From Lentisphaeria bacterium (lineage in GTDB: Bacteria > Verrucomicrobiota > Lentisphaeria > Victivallales > Victivallaceae), in contig JAGBWB010000152.1 in NCBI GenBank assembly GCA_017629975.1, positions 1 through 51,537 of the forward strand: DNA of 51,537 nucleotides, given 5' to 3'. The position numbers were made by a program, and so were the translations under genes. Positions 1-9,190 of this stretch are shown piece after piece. Numbering within the stretch: position 1 is the first letter of the stretch; each line of letters begins with the position of its first letter. Below the pieces are notes generated by a model that was not told the origin of the DNA, searched no databases, and worked only from the letters and a program-made list of their open reading frames with translations.

Positions 1-1141
1 AAAGCAGAGCTCCCGCCATAAAAATGGCGCGGACACCCAGATTATACGCGATGACACCGCTGATGGCAGAGGCGCAGATGCCTCCTGCCACATTGACGCT
101 GGCAGACCAGCCGAAAAAGGTCCCCTTGTGCTCCGGGGAGGTCAGTCTTGAAAGCATGATAAGGAGCATGGGCTGCATCCCCCCTGCCACGAAGTAATAG
201 AAGAACCGGGCAAATCCCAGAGACCAGATGTTGGTGGAGATCCCCTGCCAGGCGGCGCAGCACCCCGCAATGACCACAACGGGAAGAATCATCTTTTCAG
301 GGGGATACCTGTCGCAGAGAGTTCCGAAACCGAAACCGGCGATAACGCCCCCCACGGCGCCGCCGGCACTGATGATGCCGGTGTAGAAAGCCGCGCCCTT
401 ATCCCCCTGGATCAGCTCCTCAAGCATGGCGACAAAGGGTTGATCTATACGGCGTCCGGCGCCCATGAGCAGGAACATGAGCAGGACGGCAATGACGCCG
501 GGCGCCATGATCTCGCGGGAGAGTTTCTTGCGCTCCTTGCGGGGAGTGCTTTCAGGACGCTTGAAATCCTCCCGGACAAGCAGCTGTACCATGAGTCCGC
601 TTATGCCATAGAGAAATGAACAGCAGAGAAAGGCTGTTGTGTAGCCCCATATTTCCACAATGACGCCGCCCAGAAGATATCCAGTCATGTTGCCGCTCCA
701 GACGGCGGTACTGAGCACGCCCAGCACATATCCGTGGCGCTCCTGGGGCGCGGTGCTGACCAGAAGAGTCTGGGCGGGGTTGACGGTACCGGTGAAAAGC
801 GCCGAAAGCGCCCGGAAACCGATGAGCCAGTAGACATCAGGGGAAAATACCATGAGGGGATAAAAAAGGGCTGTTCCGTAACTGGCACGCAGGAGCATGA
901 GCTTTCTGCCGAAACGGTCAGCCAGCATCCCCCACATAAGGTTGGCGAGAAAGAGACTGATGAGACCGGCAAAGGTGAATACGGCAACCCAGGCGCCCCG
1001 CTGGGCATCGTCACTGATGCCCAGGGAGTCCTTCATAAAAAGAGGAATGAAGGGACCGCACATGCCGAATCCGGCAAGAGAAAGAAACTGGGAAAGCCAA
1101 ACGGTCCAGAGATTCCTTTTCCAATTGATTGCCGCAGTCAT
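1..1141 (-). CDS. MFS-type transporter; C-terminus runs off the left window edge (absent from the ORF track because there is no in-window stop)
   Basis: Hand translation of the minus strand from the ATG at plus 1139-1141, preceded by GGAG: MTAAINWKRNLWTVWLSQFLSLAGFGMCGPFIPLFMKD... It contains an MFS motif-A-like GMLADRFGRK. The frame stays open to position 1 (last residues ...VIAYNLGVRAIFMAGALL) and the hydrophobicity pattern is polytopic. Confidence 0.8.
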   Translation of the reverse strand, partial: MTAAINWKRNLWTVWLSQFLSLAGFGMCGPFIPLFMKDSLGISDDAQRGAWVAVFTFAGLISLFLANLMWGMLADRFGRKLMLLRASYGTALFYPLMVFSPDVYWLIGFRALSALFTGTVNPAQTLLVSTAPQERHGYVLGVLSTAVWSGNMTGYLLGGVIVEIWGYTTAFLCCSFLYGISGLMVQLLVREDFKRPESTPRKERKKLSREIMAPGVIAVLLMFLLMGAGRRIDQPFVAMLEELIQGDKGAAFYTGIISAGGAVGGVIAGFGFGTLCDRYPPEKMILPVVVIAGCCAAWQGISTNIWSLGFARFFYYFVAGGMQPMLLIMLSRLTSPEHKGTFFGWSASVNVAGGICASAISGVIAYNLGVRAIFMAGALL

Positions 1142-1150
1142 GGTTACTCC

Positions 1151-2182
1151 TTACGCCTGAGGACGGCGGTAACGGCGCTGGGGAGCCGTCAGACCGGATC
1201 CGGATCCGGGAGTATCGACTACAAAACTTTCAATGAGTTTGCTGTTGGTCTTTTCGCGCAGATATTCGTAGACCACCATATTGGCCGGGGCAAGTTTGTC
1301 TGCGGGCCAGCATTTGGCGGCCTCAATGCAGAAATCATTGACGCAGAAATCTTTGCCGGAGTCAAGCATTTCATCCAGTTTGGCGTGGATCAGACTCAGA
1401 GGATCACATCCCCCGAAGTAGGGCATGTAGGTATCGTGGGCCTCAAACTCGATCTTGTCCCTGCCCATGGTCATAATGGAGGCAACAGGAACAGGATTGA
1501 TCCAGTTGATATTTTCGTTTTCAAGGGCAAAGGCGGAGGTGGCAAGGTAGAAACCATCCTCTTTGCGTCCCCACATAAGGGGCTGATTGATGCGGATGGC
1601 TGAAACTGTGTCAGGCTCCGCCACTGCCAGAGCAAGGGCGGCAATTTCGGATTTCAGATCAAAACACGCTTCCCCCATGGCACGGCGCAGGAGCTTGCCG
1701 GGGGTGAAGGCGCGGCGCACCATGTTGGAGACGACTTCGGAGGAGTGGACACAACTGCCGTCATTCATCACAGGGTAGCCTTCGGCAGGTTTTTCAATAA
1801 GGGTGCGGTAACGGATCCCCTCGGCTTTATCCTGCTCATAGGCTGAATTGTAGTCGGTTCCCTTAAAACGTCCGGCGGCGCCGTTGGCGCAGTAGATCAC
1901 CTGTTCATCGTGGGCAAAGAAAGGCTGCGCCCATTCGTCGGAGTCGATGCCGGGGGTACGGCTGTGGGCGATGCCCACGGTTCCGGGAAGTTCCAGCACT
2001 TCAGGGTGACGGCGCAGGAGTTCCGCTGTGGAGCCGATGCACTTGATCATGTGGATCTTCCCTTCATGGATGGTTGCAATACCGTTGTAGTGTCCGCCGC
2101 CGAGGGCCTCCTGGCTCTCAAGCATACGGAAAAGAATGGGGGCGGCGGCTTTTCTGCCGGCATAGGCTGCCATGTTGCACAT
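1151..2182 (-). CDS. Stand-alone class-II (Ntn, N-terminal Cys) glutamine amidotransferase domain protein with an unrecognised C-terminal half
   Basis: ORF track 1151..2215. Start trimmed to the ATG at 2182 (AGGAG 9 nt upstream), giving MCNMAAYAG with Cys2, the GlmS/PurF-type nucleophile signature. The stop lies 9 nt before the MFS ATG. Confidence 0.65.
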   Translation of the reverse strand: MCNMAAYAGRKAAAPILFRMLESQEALGGGHYNGIATIHEGKIHMIKCIGSTAELLRRHPEVLELPGTVGIAHSRTPGIDSDEWAQPFFAHDEQVIYCANGAAGRFKGTDYNSAYEQDKAEGIRYRTLIEKPAEGYPVMNDGSCVHSSEVVSNMVRRAFTPGKLLRRAMGEACFDLKSEIAALALAVAEPDTVSAIRINQPLMWGRKEDGFYLATSAFALENENINWINPVPVASIMTMGRDKIEFEAHDTYMPYFGGCDPLSLIHAKLDEMLDSGKDFCVNDFCIEAAKCWPADKLAPANMVVYEYLREKTNSKLIESFVVDTPGSGSGLTAPQRRYRRPQA

Positions 2183-2250
2183 AATCAGAGTTCTCCTGAA
2201 ATTTTCCAGACACAAAGGTCCTTTGATATGATATTTTAATTACGTCCTAT

Positions 2251-2279
2251 AACATAGCACATCTGAGGTGTTTTTTCAA
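2251..2279 (-). promoter_or_regulatory. Sigma70-like promoter for the amidotransferase-MFS pair (TTGAAA-17 nt-TATGTT)
   Basis: Minus strand reads cTTGAAAaaacacctcagatgtgcTATGTT, about 70 nt upstream of the ATG at 2182. Confidence 0.45.
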
Positions 2280-2383
2280 GCTGTTGAGAAGCAACTCTTC
2301 CACCTGAAAACCTTAAAAAGCTGACGGACTCTCCTCTGAACTTTACAGATGATGCCCTTTGCTCCCTGCTCTGGAACAGAGCC

Positions 2384-2416
2384 AAAAAAAAGTCCCCCGG
2401 TTTTAAAACCGGAGGA
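2384..2416 (-). terminator. Rho-independent terminator after the small basic protein gene
   Basis: Minus strand reads TCCTCCGG-ttttaaaa-CCGGGGGA followed by CTTTTTTTT, 17 nt after the stop at 2437. Confidence 0.7.
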
Positions 2417-2436
2417 TTTCAAACAGACTGCAAAGA

Positions 2437-2625
2437 TTACTTGAGAACCTTGGCGGTGCATTTGTCAAAGTCGGCTTTACCGACAAAGGCGGTGAGGGGA
2501 CGGCCATCAGCAGTTTCGCCCTTGAAAGCATAACGGGCACGGGTATCTTCGCCATAAACTTTCTTTCCGATCACATCGGCTTTGACTTTGGCTTTAGCCT
2601 TCACATCGTAGAATTCCCACTTCAT
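2437..2625 (-). CDS. Small (62 aa) lysine-rich conserved-looking protein of unknown function
   Basis: ORF track 2437..2688. Start trimmed to the ATG at 2625 with an AGGAG RBS (ttAGGAGatcaaaagATG). Sequence is MKWEFYDVKAKAKVKADVIGKKVYGEDTRARYAFKGETADGRPLTAFVGKADFDKCTAKVLK. The gene is monocistronic, with its own AT-rich upstream region and terminator. Confidence 0.7.
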   Translation of the reverse strand: MKWEFYDVKAKAKVKADVIGKKVYGEDTRARYAFKGETADGRPLTAFVGKADFDKCTAKVLK

Positions 2626-2802
2626 CTTTTGATCTCCTAAAACTTTATCATTTAGACGGGAACAGCGCATCTGTCCCCCCTTCAGCAAATAAAGTATACT
2701 CTCTTTTTTGAAATTTCAAGGGCAAAATTACAAATATTTTAATTTTTTTTGAAAAAAAGTTGTATTTTCACTAATTTGACCTTGATTCAGAGAAGTTACA
2801 AC

Positions 2803-4596
2803 TTATTTTTGCCGGATACGCTCCCACTCCTCAAAGAAGCGGGATTCCTGATTTTTCGGATCAGCCGGGAAGAGGCTCCGGGCGACTGCAAGGTGTTTCC
2901 GGGCAAGTTCAAAGTCGCCCCGGCGGCAGGCGGCAAGAGCAAGGCGCCTGTGAGCGGCAGGACGCGCCGGAACCAGTTCGGCAGAACGCCTGAAAAGTTT
3001 TTCCGCATTGTCAAGATCCCCGGTGTGGAGAAAGAAGTCCCCCGCCATCTCAAGGCCGTAGGGGGAGCCGGGACGGAGTTGGCAGAACCGGTCAAGAAGT
3101 CTCATGACCTTGAGAGGTTCGGGCGCCATAACAGCCCCCTCCGGGTTCCGGGGACGCAGCGTGAGTTCAAGTTCTTCAAACGCCGCTTCGCTCTGCACCC
3201 AGCGGAAATTGGTGTAAAATCCGGCAGCACCCACCAGAAGAATGGCGCAAGTGCCCCCATATTTCAGGTATTTCAAAAGAGGTTTCTGAGAAGTTTCAAC
3301 ATCTCTGTCAGGTTCCGGCAGCAGGGCAAGACTCCCTGCGGCACAGCAGATCATGGAGGCGGGAATGGTGTCGTTGAGCTCCATGAAAGAATGGAGCACG
3401 AAAGCCGCGATCCCCAGACGCCCCCAGCGGAGCAGAGGATCCTCCCCCTTTGCCCTGAAAAGCTCCAGGAGCAGCACCGCAAGGGCGCCCAGAGCAATAA
3501 GACCGGCGGGAATGCCTGCGTGAACGGCAAAGTGGGCGGCAAAGTTGTGGGGGGATCTTGCGGATTCGTCGGAGCGGCTCTTTTTGATCTGCATGTGACG
3601 GTGGAAAAATTCCCCCCATCCGGCACCGGCAAGGGGATGTTCACTGCAAATAATGGCGGTGCTCCGCAGATAATCCAGACGCTCAGCTCCTGAAAGAAGT
3701 CCTCTTCCGGAGCGGTGCATGGCAAAAAATGCGCCTGTAAGCAGAAGAAGAACACCCGCAAGAGCAGCGGCTTTGTAAACCTTTTTCACCCGGACTTTGA
3801 TGAAGAAAAAGAGTGCGGCCATCAGAAAAGCACAGAGCCAGGCGCCCCGGCTCCGGGTCATGAGCAGAGCAGGGAAAAGCACTCCTGCGGCGGCGGCAGT
3901 AAAGAGCACCAGTGAAACTTTGACCGGCTCAAACCGTTTTGCCCAGCTTTGGACCGCCGCCAGAGTAAGGGGGATCCCCATAAGCAGAAACCCGGCAAAG
4001 GTGTTGCAGGAGCCGAGAGAGGAAAAGACCCGGCTGTCCATGATCCTGATTTCCATGATGTTGGAAATTTCAATGCCCGCTTCCCGCTGTTTGCGGATCA
4101 TTTCCTGCATTTCCTCAAATCCCCAGAAGTACTGGCGCCATGCGTCAATGCCGGTCAGCAGAACGCTTGCGGCAAGGGCATGGAGACAAGGCTTTTTCCA
4201 GCAGGGGGCGGCAGAAAAGATCCACCAGGCGCAAAGGACAAAGGCGCCGATACCGAACCAGTGCGCTACATTGACATAAACATAATCGGCGTTGCTCCCG
4301 GAAATCATGCCGGGGAGCGACGCAAGGGGGAGCAGTATCCCCCAGAAAAGGGCGGTCAGACCTCCGGGAGCGCGCCAGTCGGGCGCCGGAAAAAGCAGAA
4401 CGCTTGCCATAAGCAGCAGCGCACCTGCGATCCCGGCGCAATGGGGCGGCCAGGAAATGACCAGCAAGGTGAGAAGATCCCCCGGAAACATGGGGGGTTG
4501 CTCCGGCATGGCGGCAAGAGTGCCGAATTTCAAAGGCAGCAGAAAGAAAAGAAAGGTCAGGCACCAGCCTGCTATGCGCTGACCGAAGTTTTTCAT
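2803..4596 (-). CDS. O-antigen ligase-like (Wzy_C-type) polytopic membrane protein with a C-terminal TPR-like domain
   Basis: 597-aa ORF with many hydrophobic segments and an RSRGAW loop typical of O-antigen ligase/Wzy_C proteins. The C-terminal roughly 150 aa is helical-repeat-like. Its start overlaps the purU stop by 4 nt. Confidence 0.65.
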   Translation of the reverse strand: MKNFGQRIAGWCLTFLFFLLPLKFGTLAAMPEQPPMFPGDLLTLLVISWPPHCAGIAGALLLMASVLLFPAPDWRAPGGLTALFWGILLPLASLPGMISGSNADYVYVNVAHWFGIGAFVLCAWWIFSAAPCWKKPCLHALAASVLLTGIDAWRQYFWGFEEMQEMIRKQREAGIEISNIMEIRIMDSRVFSSLGSCNTFAGFLLMGIPLTLAAVQSWAKRFEPVKVSLVLFTAAAAGVLFPALLMTRSRGAWLCAFLMAALFFFIKVRVKKVYKAAALAGVLLLLTGAFFAMHRSGRGLLSGAERLDYLRSTAIICSEHPLAGAGWGEFFHRHMQIKKSRSDESARSPHNFAAHFAVHAGIPAGLIALGALAVLLLELFRAKGEDPLLRWGRLGIAAFVLHSFMELNDTIPASMICCAAGSLALLPEPDRDVETSQKPLLKYLKYGGTCAILLVGAAGFYTNFRWVQSEAAFEELELTLRPRNPEGAVMAPEPLKVMRLLDRFCQLRPGSPYGLEMAGDFFLHTGDLDNAEKLFRRSAELVPARPAAHRRLALAACRRGDFELARKHLAVARSLFPADPKNQESRFFEEWERIRQK

Positions 4597-5444
4597 TTTG
4601 CGAATACCACTGTCCGTCTGCCGGAAACGATCACACGGTGTTCCAGATGGAACTGCACCGCACGGGTGAGAACACGGCGTTCGATATCCCTGCCCAGATC
4701 CCGCAGGTCTTCGGGCGTGCTTTCGTGGGTGATGCGTTCAACGGCCTGTTCAATGATGGGACCTTCATCCAGATCAACAGTGGCGTAATGAGCGGTGGCT
4801 CCGATCATTTTCACGCCCCGCTCCCACGCCTGCAAGTAGGGATTGCCCCCTTGAAACGCAGGGAGAAAGGCGTGGTGGATGTTGATGATCCTGCCGGGAT
4901 AGGCGTTGATGACCCTCTCAGAGAGGACGCGCATATATCGTGCCAGCACCACAAGGTCGATGTGATGGCGCTTGAAAAGTTCAAGGAGAGCGTTTTCCTG
5001 ATCGGGATCACCGCTCCGGGGGGTGGGCAGACAGTAGTAGGGCACCCGGAAACGGTCGGCGACCTCTTCAAGATCGGGATGGTTCCCCACAGCCACAACC
5101 ACTTTGCCCCCCAGATTTCCCTCTTCGGAGCGCATGAGCAGATCGTAGAAACAGTGGGAGGTCTTGGAAACAAGCACCGCCACATTCTGACGGTCGCCGT
5201 TGTAGTAGACAGACCACTTCAGTTCCAGCTTGTCGGCGAGGATCTGAAACTGTCCCTCAAGGTCGCTGCGGGTGATGTCGGCGGGGAGTTCAACGGCTAT
5301 ACGCATGAAATAGGCGTTTTCCCGGACATCGGTGTACTGGCGGCACTCAAGGATGTTCAAGGCGCGCTGATAGAAAAAAGTGGTGGTTTCCGCAAGGATC
5401 CCTTTCCGGTCTGCGGTACTTATAAGAAAAATTGCCTGACGCAT
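4593..5444 (-). CDS. purU: Formyltetrahydrofolate deformylase
   Basis: N-terminal ACT-like domain plus a formyltransferase core (IINIHHAFLPAFQGGNPY, GATAHYAT, DEGPII). ATG at 5444 with a GAGGTG RBS; the track start at 5450 is TTG. Confidence 0.9.
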   Translation of the reverse strand: MRQAIFLISTADRKGILAETTTFFYQRALNILECRQYTDVRENAYFMRIAVELPADITRSDLEGQFQILADKLELKWSVYYNGDRQNVAVLVSKTSHCFYDLLMRSEEGNLGGKVVVAVGNHPDLEEVADRFRVPYYCLPTPRSGDPDQENALLELFKRHHIDLVVLARYMRVLSERVINAYPGRIINIHHAFLPAFQGGNPYLQAWERGVKMIGATAHYATVDLDEGPIIEQAVERITHESTPEDLRDLGRDIERRVLTRAVQFHLEHRVIVSGRRTVVFAK

Positions 5445-5473
5445 TATCAAATCACCTCAAAAGTTTATATATC

Positions 5474-7408
5474 TCAACCGATGTCGGCTCCGGCGGGAAC
5501 ATCGCCGTCAACAGTTACAAGGCGCAGCTCTTTGCCGAACTTGGCAGCAAGGAGCATACCCCGGGATTCGGCGCCGCGGATGGTGGCAGGCTGAAGGTTG
5601 GAAACCACAACGATGGTCTTGCCCATGATCTCTTCGGGGGTGTAATACTTTGCCACACCTGCCACAAGGGGTCTGGGTTCGGCTTCACCGATATCGATCT
5701 TCAGCTTCAGCAGCTTGTCGGCGCCCTCAAGTTTTTCGGCGGCGACGACTCTGGCGGTCTTGAGCTTCACCTTGCAGAACTGGTCAATGGTGACAAGTTC
5801 AACGGCTTCAGGAGCGGGAGCGGCGGCTTTGGCTTTTTCTTTCTTTTCAGCTTTGGGGGCAGGAGCGGCGGGGGCCTCTTCCTCCTGGATCCGGGGGAAG
5901 AGGGGGGCGACTTCCTGAACGGTGCGTCCGGCGGGATCGGGGCAGTTGCCTGAGAGCAGATCGCCGATGGTGAGAAGTTCATCGCCGCTGCCCAGAGCCT
6001 TCTGGAGTTCCGCCATCTTGCCGGGCATCACAGGGGCAAGGAGCACTGCCAGTTTACGCAGATTGGCGGCAACAGTATAAAGAACGGTATTCAAGTGGGC
6101 GATGTCATTGTTCTTCGCCAGCGCCCAGGGAGCGCACTGTTCAACGTAACGGTTTCCGGCGCGAACAGCGCTCAGCACAGCGGCGATGCCCTGATCCAGT
6201 TTCATCTCTTCAAGGCAGTTTCTCATGCCTTTTACCGCGCTTTCAACGGCGGCGTTGAACTCTTCTTCGTTTCCGGTGGGTTCACCGGGAGCAGGAATGA
6301 TCCCCCCGGCACGGAGAGTCAGTTTCACCACACGGGAGAGGAGATTGCCCAGATCGTTGGCAAGATCGCTGTTGTAGCGGCGCATAAGAGCTTCGCGGGT
6401 GAAAGAGGCGTCGTTGCCCAGAGTCATCTCTGCCATGAGGAAGTAGCGGAACGCATCCACACCCACGATGCCGATCATTTCCATGGGGTTGACCACGTTG
6501 CCCAGAGATTTGCTCATCTTGGTGTTGCCGGTGAGCCACCAGCCGTGGGCGAAAATGGTCTTGGGCATCTCAACATTCATGGCTTTCAGCATAGTGGGCC
6601 AGTAAACGGAGTGGGTAGTGAGGATATCTTTGCCGATAAGCTGGCAGCTGGCGGGCCAGCGGCGGGCGAAAGCGGCGTCATCACGGCGGTAGCCCACGGC
6701 GGAAATATAGTTGATGAGGGCGTCAAACCAGACGTAGCAGACATAGTCGCTGTCAAAGGGCAGTTCAATTCCCCATGAAAGGCGGGACTTGGGACGGCTG
6801 ATGCACAAATCCGCCAGAGGCTGCTTCAGGAATCCCAGAGTTTCGTTGGCACGGAAGGCGGGCTGGATGAAATCAGGATGGGTCTGGATATAGTCGATGA
6901 GCCACTCCTGATACTTGGACATGCGGAAGAAGTAGTTGGACTCCTTGAGAGCAGTCACCTCTCTGCCGCATTCGGGACATTTGCCGTCCACAAGATCCTT
7001 TTCGGTGAAAAATCTTTCATCGCCCACGCAATACCAGCCGGTATAATCCTTTTTATAGATCTCGCCCCGGTCGTAAAGATCCTGGAGGATCTCTTTCACC
7101 ACATCTTTATGGCGGTCTTCGGTGGTGCGGATGAAGTCATCGTTGGTGATCCCCAGCTGCTGCCACAGTTCCTTGAAGCGCACCACCGTTTCGTCGGCGT
7201 GCTGCTGGGGGGAAATGCCGTGTTTGGCGGCGGCGTTTTCCACCTTCTGACCGTGTTCATCGGTTCCGGTGAGAAAATAGGTATCGTCCCCCATGGAACG
7301 GTGGAAACTTGCCAGCACATCAGCAAGGGTGGTGGTATAGGCATGCCCGATATGGGGGCGGTCATTGACGTAATAAATGGGAGTGGTCACATAAAATTTT
7401 CCGCTCAT
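5474..7408 (-). CDS. metG: Methionine--tRNA ligase with a C-terminal tRNA-binding (EMAP/Trbp111-like) domain
   Basis: HIGH motif (PHIGHAYT), KMSKS motif, a Zn knuckle (CPECG), an Ala/Pro/Lys linker and a C-terminal OB-fold region. AAAGGAGA RBS. Confidence 0.95.
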   Translation of the reverse strand: MSGKFYVTTPIYYVNDRPHIGHAYTTTLADVLASFHRSMGDDTYFLTGTDEHGQKVENAAAKHGISPQQHADETVVRFKELWQQLGITNDDFIRTTEDRHKDVVKEILQDLYDRGEIYKKDYTGWYCVGDERFFTEKDLVDGKCPECGREVTALKESNYFFRMSKYQEWLIDYIQTHPDFIQPAFRANETLGFLKQPLADLCISRPKSRLSWGIELPFDSDYVCYVWFDALINYISAVGYRRDDAAFARRWPASCQLIGKDILTTHSVYWPTMLKAMNVEMPKTIFAHGWWLTGNTKMSKSLGNVVNPMEMIGIVGVDAFRYFLMAEMTLGNDASFTREALMRRYNSDLANDLGNLLSRVVKLTLRAGGIIPAPGEPTGNEEEFNAAVESAVKGMRNCLEEMKLDQGIAAVLSAVRAGNRYVEQCAPWALAKNNDIAHLNTVLYTVAANLRKLAVLLAPVMPGKMAELQKALGSGDELLTIGDLLSGNCPDPAGRTVQEVAPLFPRIQEEEAPAAPAPKAEKKEKAKAAAPAPEAVELVTIDQFCKVKLKTARVVAAEKLEGADKLLKLKIDIGEAEPRPLVAGVAKYYTPEEIMGKTIVVVSNLQPATIRGAESRGMLLAAKFGKELRLVTVDGDVPAGADIG

Positions 7409-7444
7409 TCTTTCTGTCTCCTTTCAAAAAATATACTTTATTAT

Positions 7445-7473
7445 TAATATATCACACTTTTACACTCTTGTCA
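7445..7473 (-). promoter_or_regulatory. Sigma70-like promoter for metG (TTGACA-17 nt-TATATT)
   Basis: Minus strand reads TTGACAagagtgtaaaagtgtgaTATATT. The -10 element lies about 37 nt upstream of the metG ATG. Confidence 0.55.
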
Positions 7474-7495
7474 AAAGCAAAAACAGGTGTTATAT
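7467..7495 (+). promoter_or_regulatory. Sigma70-like promoter for cstA (TTGTCA-17 nt-TATATT)
   Basis: Plus strand reads TTGTCAaaagcaaaaacaggtgtTATATT. Its -35 hexamer overlaps the metG -35 on the opposite strand (shared TTGTCAA). Confidence 0.5.
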
Positions 7496-7568
7496 TATAC
7501 AAGTTGGATAAATTTTTATCTTTCATGTAAAGCAAAGGCTTTACCAAAGTTGTCAGGAGGCAAAAAAA

Positions 7569-9044
7569 ATGACACTTTTTCTCATCGGTCTGGCGATTCT
7601 GATCGCCGGGTACTTCACCTACGGAAAACTTGTAGAAAAGATCTTCGGCCCGGATGACCGTCCCACTCCGGCGGTTTCCATGGCAGACGGCGTGGATTAC
7701 GTTCCCATGCCCCAGTGGAAGAACATGCTGATCCAGCTTCTGAACATCGCCGGCATCGGCCCTGTGATCGGCGTCATCATCGGTATCAAATTCGGTGAAC
7801 TGGTCTTTCTGCTCATCCCTATGGGCAACATCATCGGCGGCGCTGTTCACGATATGGCGGCGGGCATGATGTCCCTGCGGAGCAAGGGTTCCAATCTGCC
7901 CGGACTCATTGAGGAAAACTGCGGAAAAACTTTCGGAAATCTCTTTTCCCTCTTCATGATGATCTGTCTGCTGCTGGTGGTGGCGGTCTTCATCAATGTG
8001 CCCTCCAATCTTCTGGATGACATGATCTCAGGATTCGCCAAGACCGATCCTCTTCAAAACTGCTACTTCTGGTACGCTGTGGGGGGCGTTTTCCTTTATT
8101 ACGTCATCGCCACCATGTTCCCTGTTGACAAGATCATCGGCAACTGCTATCCCATCTTCGGCGGACTCCTGCTTCTGGGGACCCTTGCCATCTTTGTGAA
8201 ACTGATGATGGCAGGCATTGCCGATCCCTCCATTCTTCGGGAAAGCGCCGCCTTCAAAGCCGGGAAAAGCACCGCACCTGTTCTGCCCATGCTTTTCATC
8301 ACCATTGCCTGCGGCATCATTTCAGGATTCCACGCCACCCAGTCCCCCATCATCGCCCGCACCATGCGTTCTGAGCGTCAGGCCCGGAGCAGCTTCTACG
8401 GCATGATGGTCCTTGAAGGCTTCATCGCCATGGTCTGGGCGGCGGCGGCGCTGGCGGTTTTCAACATTCTGCCTGAAACCATGAAACTTGCCGCCCCTGT
8501 GGCTCTGGGAAGGATCGTGGACTACTTCCTCGGCTCCTGGGTGGGAGGTATCACTGTTCTCAGTGTCATCATTCTTGCCGTCACTTCAGGGGATACCGCT
8601 TTGCGGAGCTGCCGTCTGAGTCTTTCTGAAAAGTTCCAGATTGACCAGAAACCTCTTTTCAAACGCTTTCTGGTGTGTCTTCCCATGATCATCATCGTTT
8701 CCCTGCTCCTCTGGTGGTCAAATCAGGACGCAAAGAGTTTCAACATGCTCTGGAACTATTTCGCCTGGGCAAATCAGGTCATCGCCGTCTGTACTCTGGT
8801 CGCCGCAACCATCTACCTGAGCAAGCTGAACAAACCCACTGCCATCACCCTGATCCCCGGACTTTTCATGCTCTTCATCACCTGCACCTATCTTCTGAGT
8901 TCCAAAACGCTGGGAGCTCCTGTGGGCCTGAGAGTTCCTCTGAACATCTCATACATCATCGCCGCCGCCTTTGCCTGCTGCGCCGGTGTCTGGGCTGAAA
9001 TGCGTGGCAAGAAACTTGCCGCAACGCAGAAAAGTGAAAAATGA
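7569..9044 (+). CDS. cstA: Carbon starvation protein A family transporter (peptide/pyruvate uptake family)
   Basis: 491 aa and polytopic, with a typical CstA N-terminus (GYFTYGKLVEKIFGPDDRPTPA...DGVDYVP...NIAGIGPVIG). Confidence 0.85.
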   Translation: MTLFLIGLAILIAGYFTYGKLVEKIFGPDDRPTPAVSMADGVDYVPMPQWKNMLIQLLNIAGIGPVIGVIIGIKFGELVFLLIPMGNIIGGAVHDMAAGMMSLRSKGSNLPGLIEENCGKTFGNLFSLFMMICLLLVVAVFINVPSNLLDDMISGFAKTDPLQNCYFWYAVGGVFLYYVIATMFPVDKIIGNCYPIFGGLLLLGTLAIFVKLMMAGIADPSILRESAAFKAGKSTAPVLPMLFITIACGIISGFHATQSPIIARTMRSERQARSSFYGMMVLEGFIAMVWAAAALAVFNILPETMKLAAPVALGRIVDYFLGSWVGGITVLSVIILAVTSGDTALRSCRLSLSEKFQIDQKPLFKRFLVCLPMIIIVSLLLWWSNQDAKSFNMLWNYFAWANQVIAVCTLVAATIYLSKLNKPTAITLIPGLFMLFITCTYLLSSKTLGAPVGLRVPLNISYIIAAAFACCAGVWAEMRGKKLAATQKSEK

Positions 9045-9068
9045 TCCGGAGTAAACGCTCCTGCGTCT

Positions 9069-9103
9069 CCCCCTGCTCTGAAATACGGCAGGGGGATTTT
9101 TTT
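9069..9103 (+). terminator. Rho-independent terminator after cstA
   Basis: CCCCCTGC-tctgaaatacg-GCAGGGGG followed by ATTTTTTTATT. Confidence 0.75.
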
Positions 9104-9125
9104 ATTCTGTATTCCATTCATTATC

Positions 9126-9154
9126 TTGACAAATGCTTTTTTCAGGAGTATAGT
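9126..9154 (+). promoter_or_regulatory. Sigma70-like promoter for the DUF4838-like gene (TTGACA-17 nt-TATAGT)
   Basis: TTGACAaatgcttttttcaggagTATAGT, 37 nt upstream of the ATG at 9191. Confidence 0.6.
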
Positions 9155-9190
9155 AAATAAGCATTTTTTCACCAACAAAAGGAGTATTGT

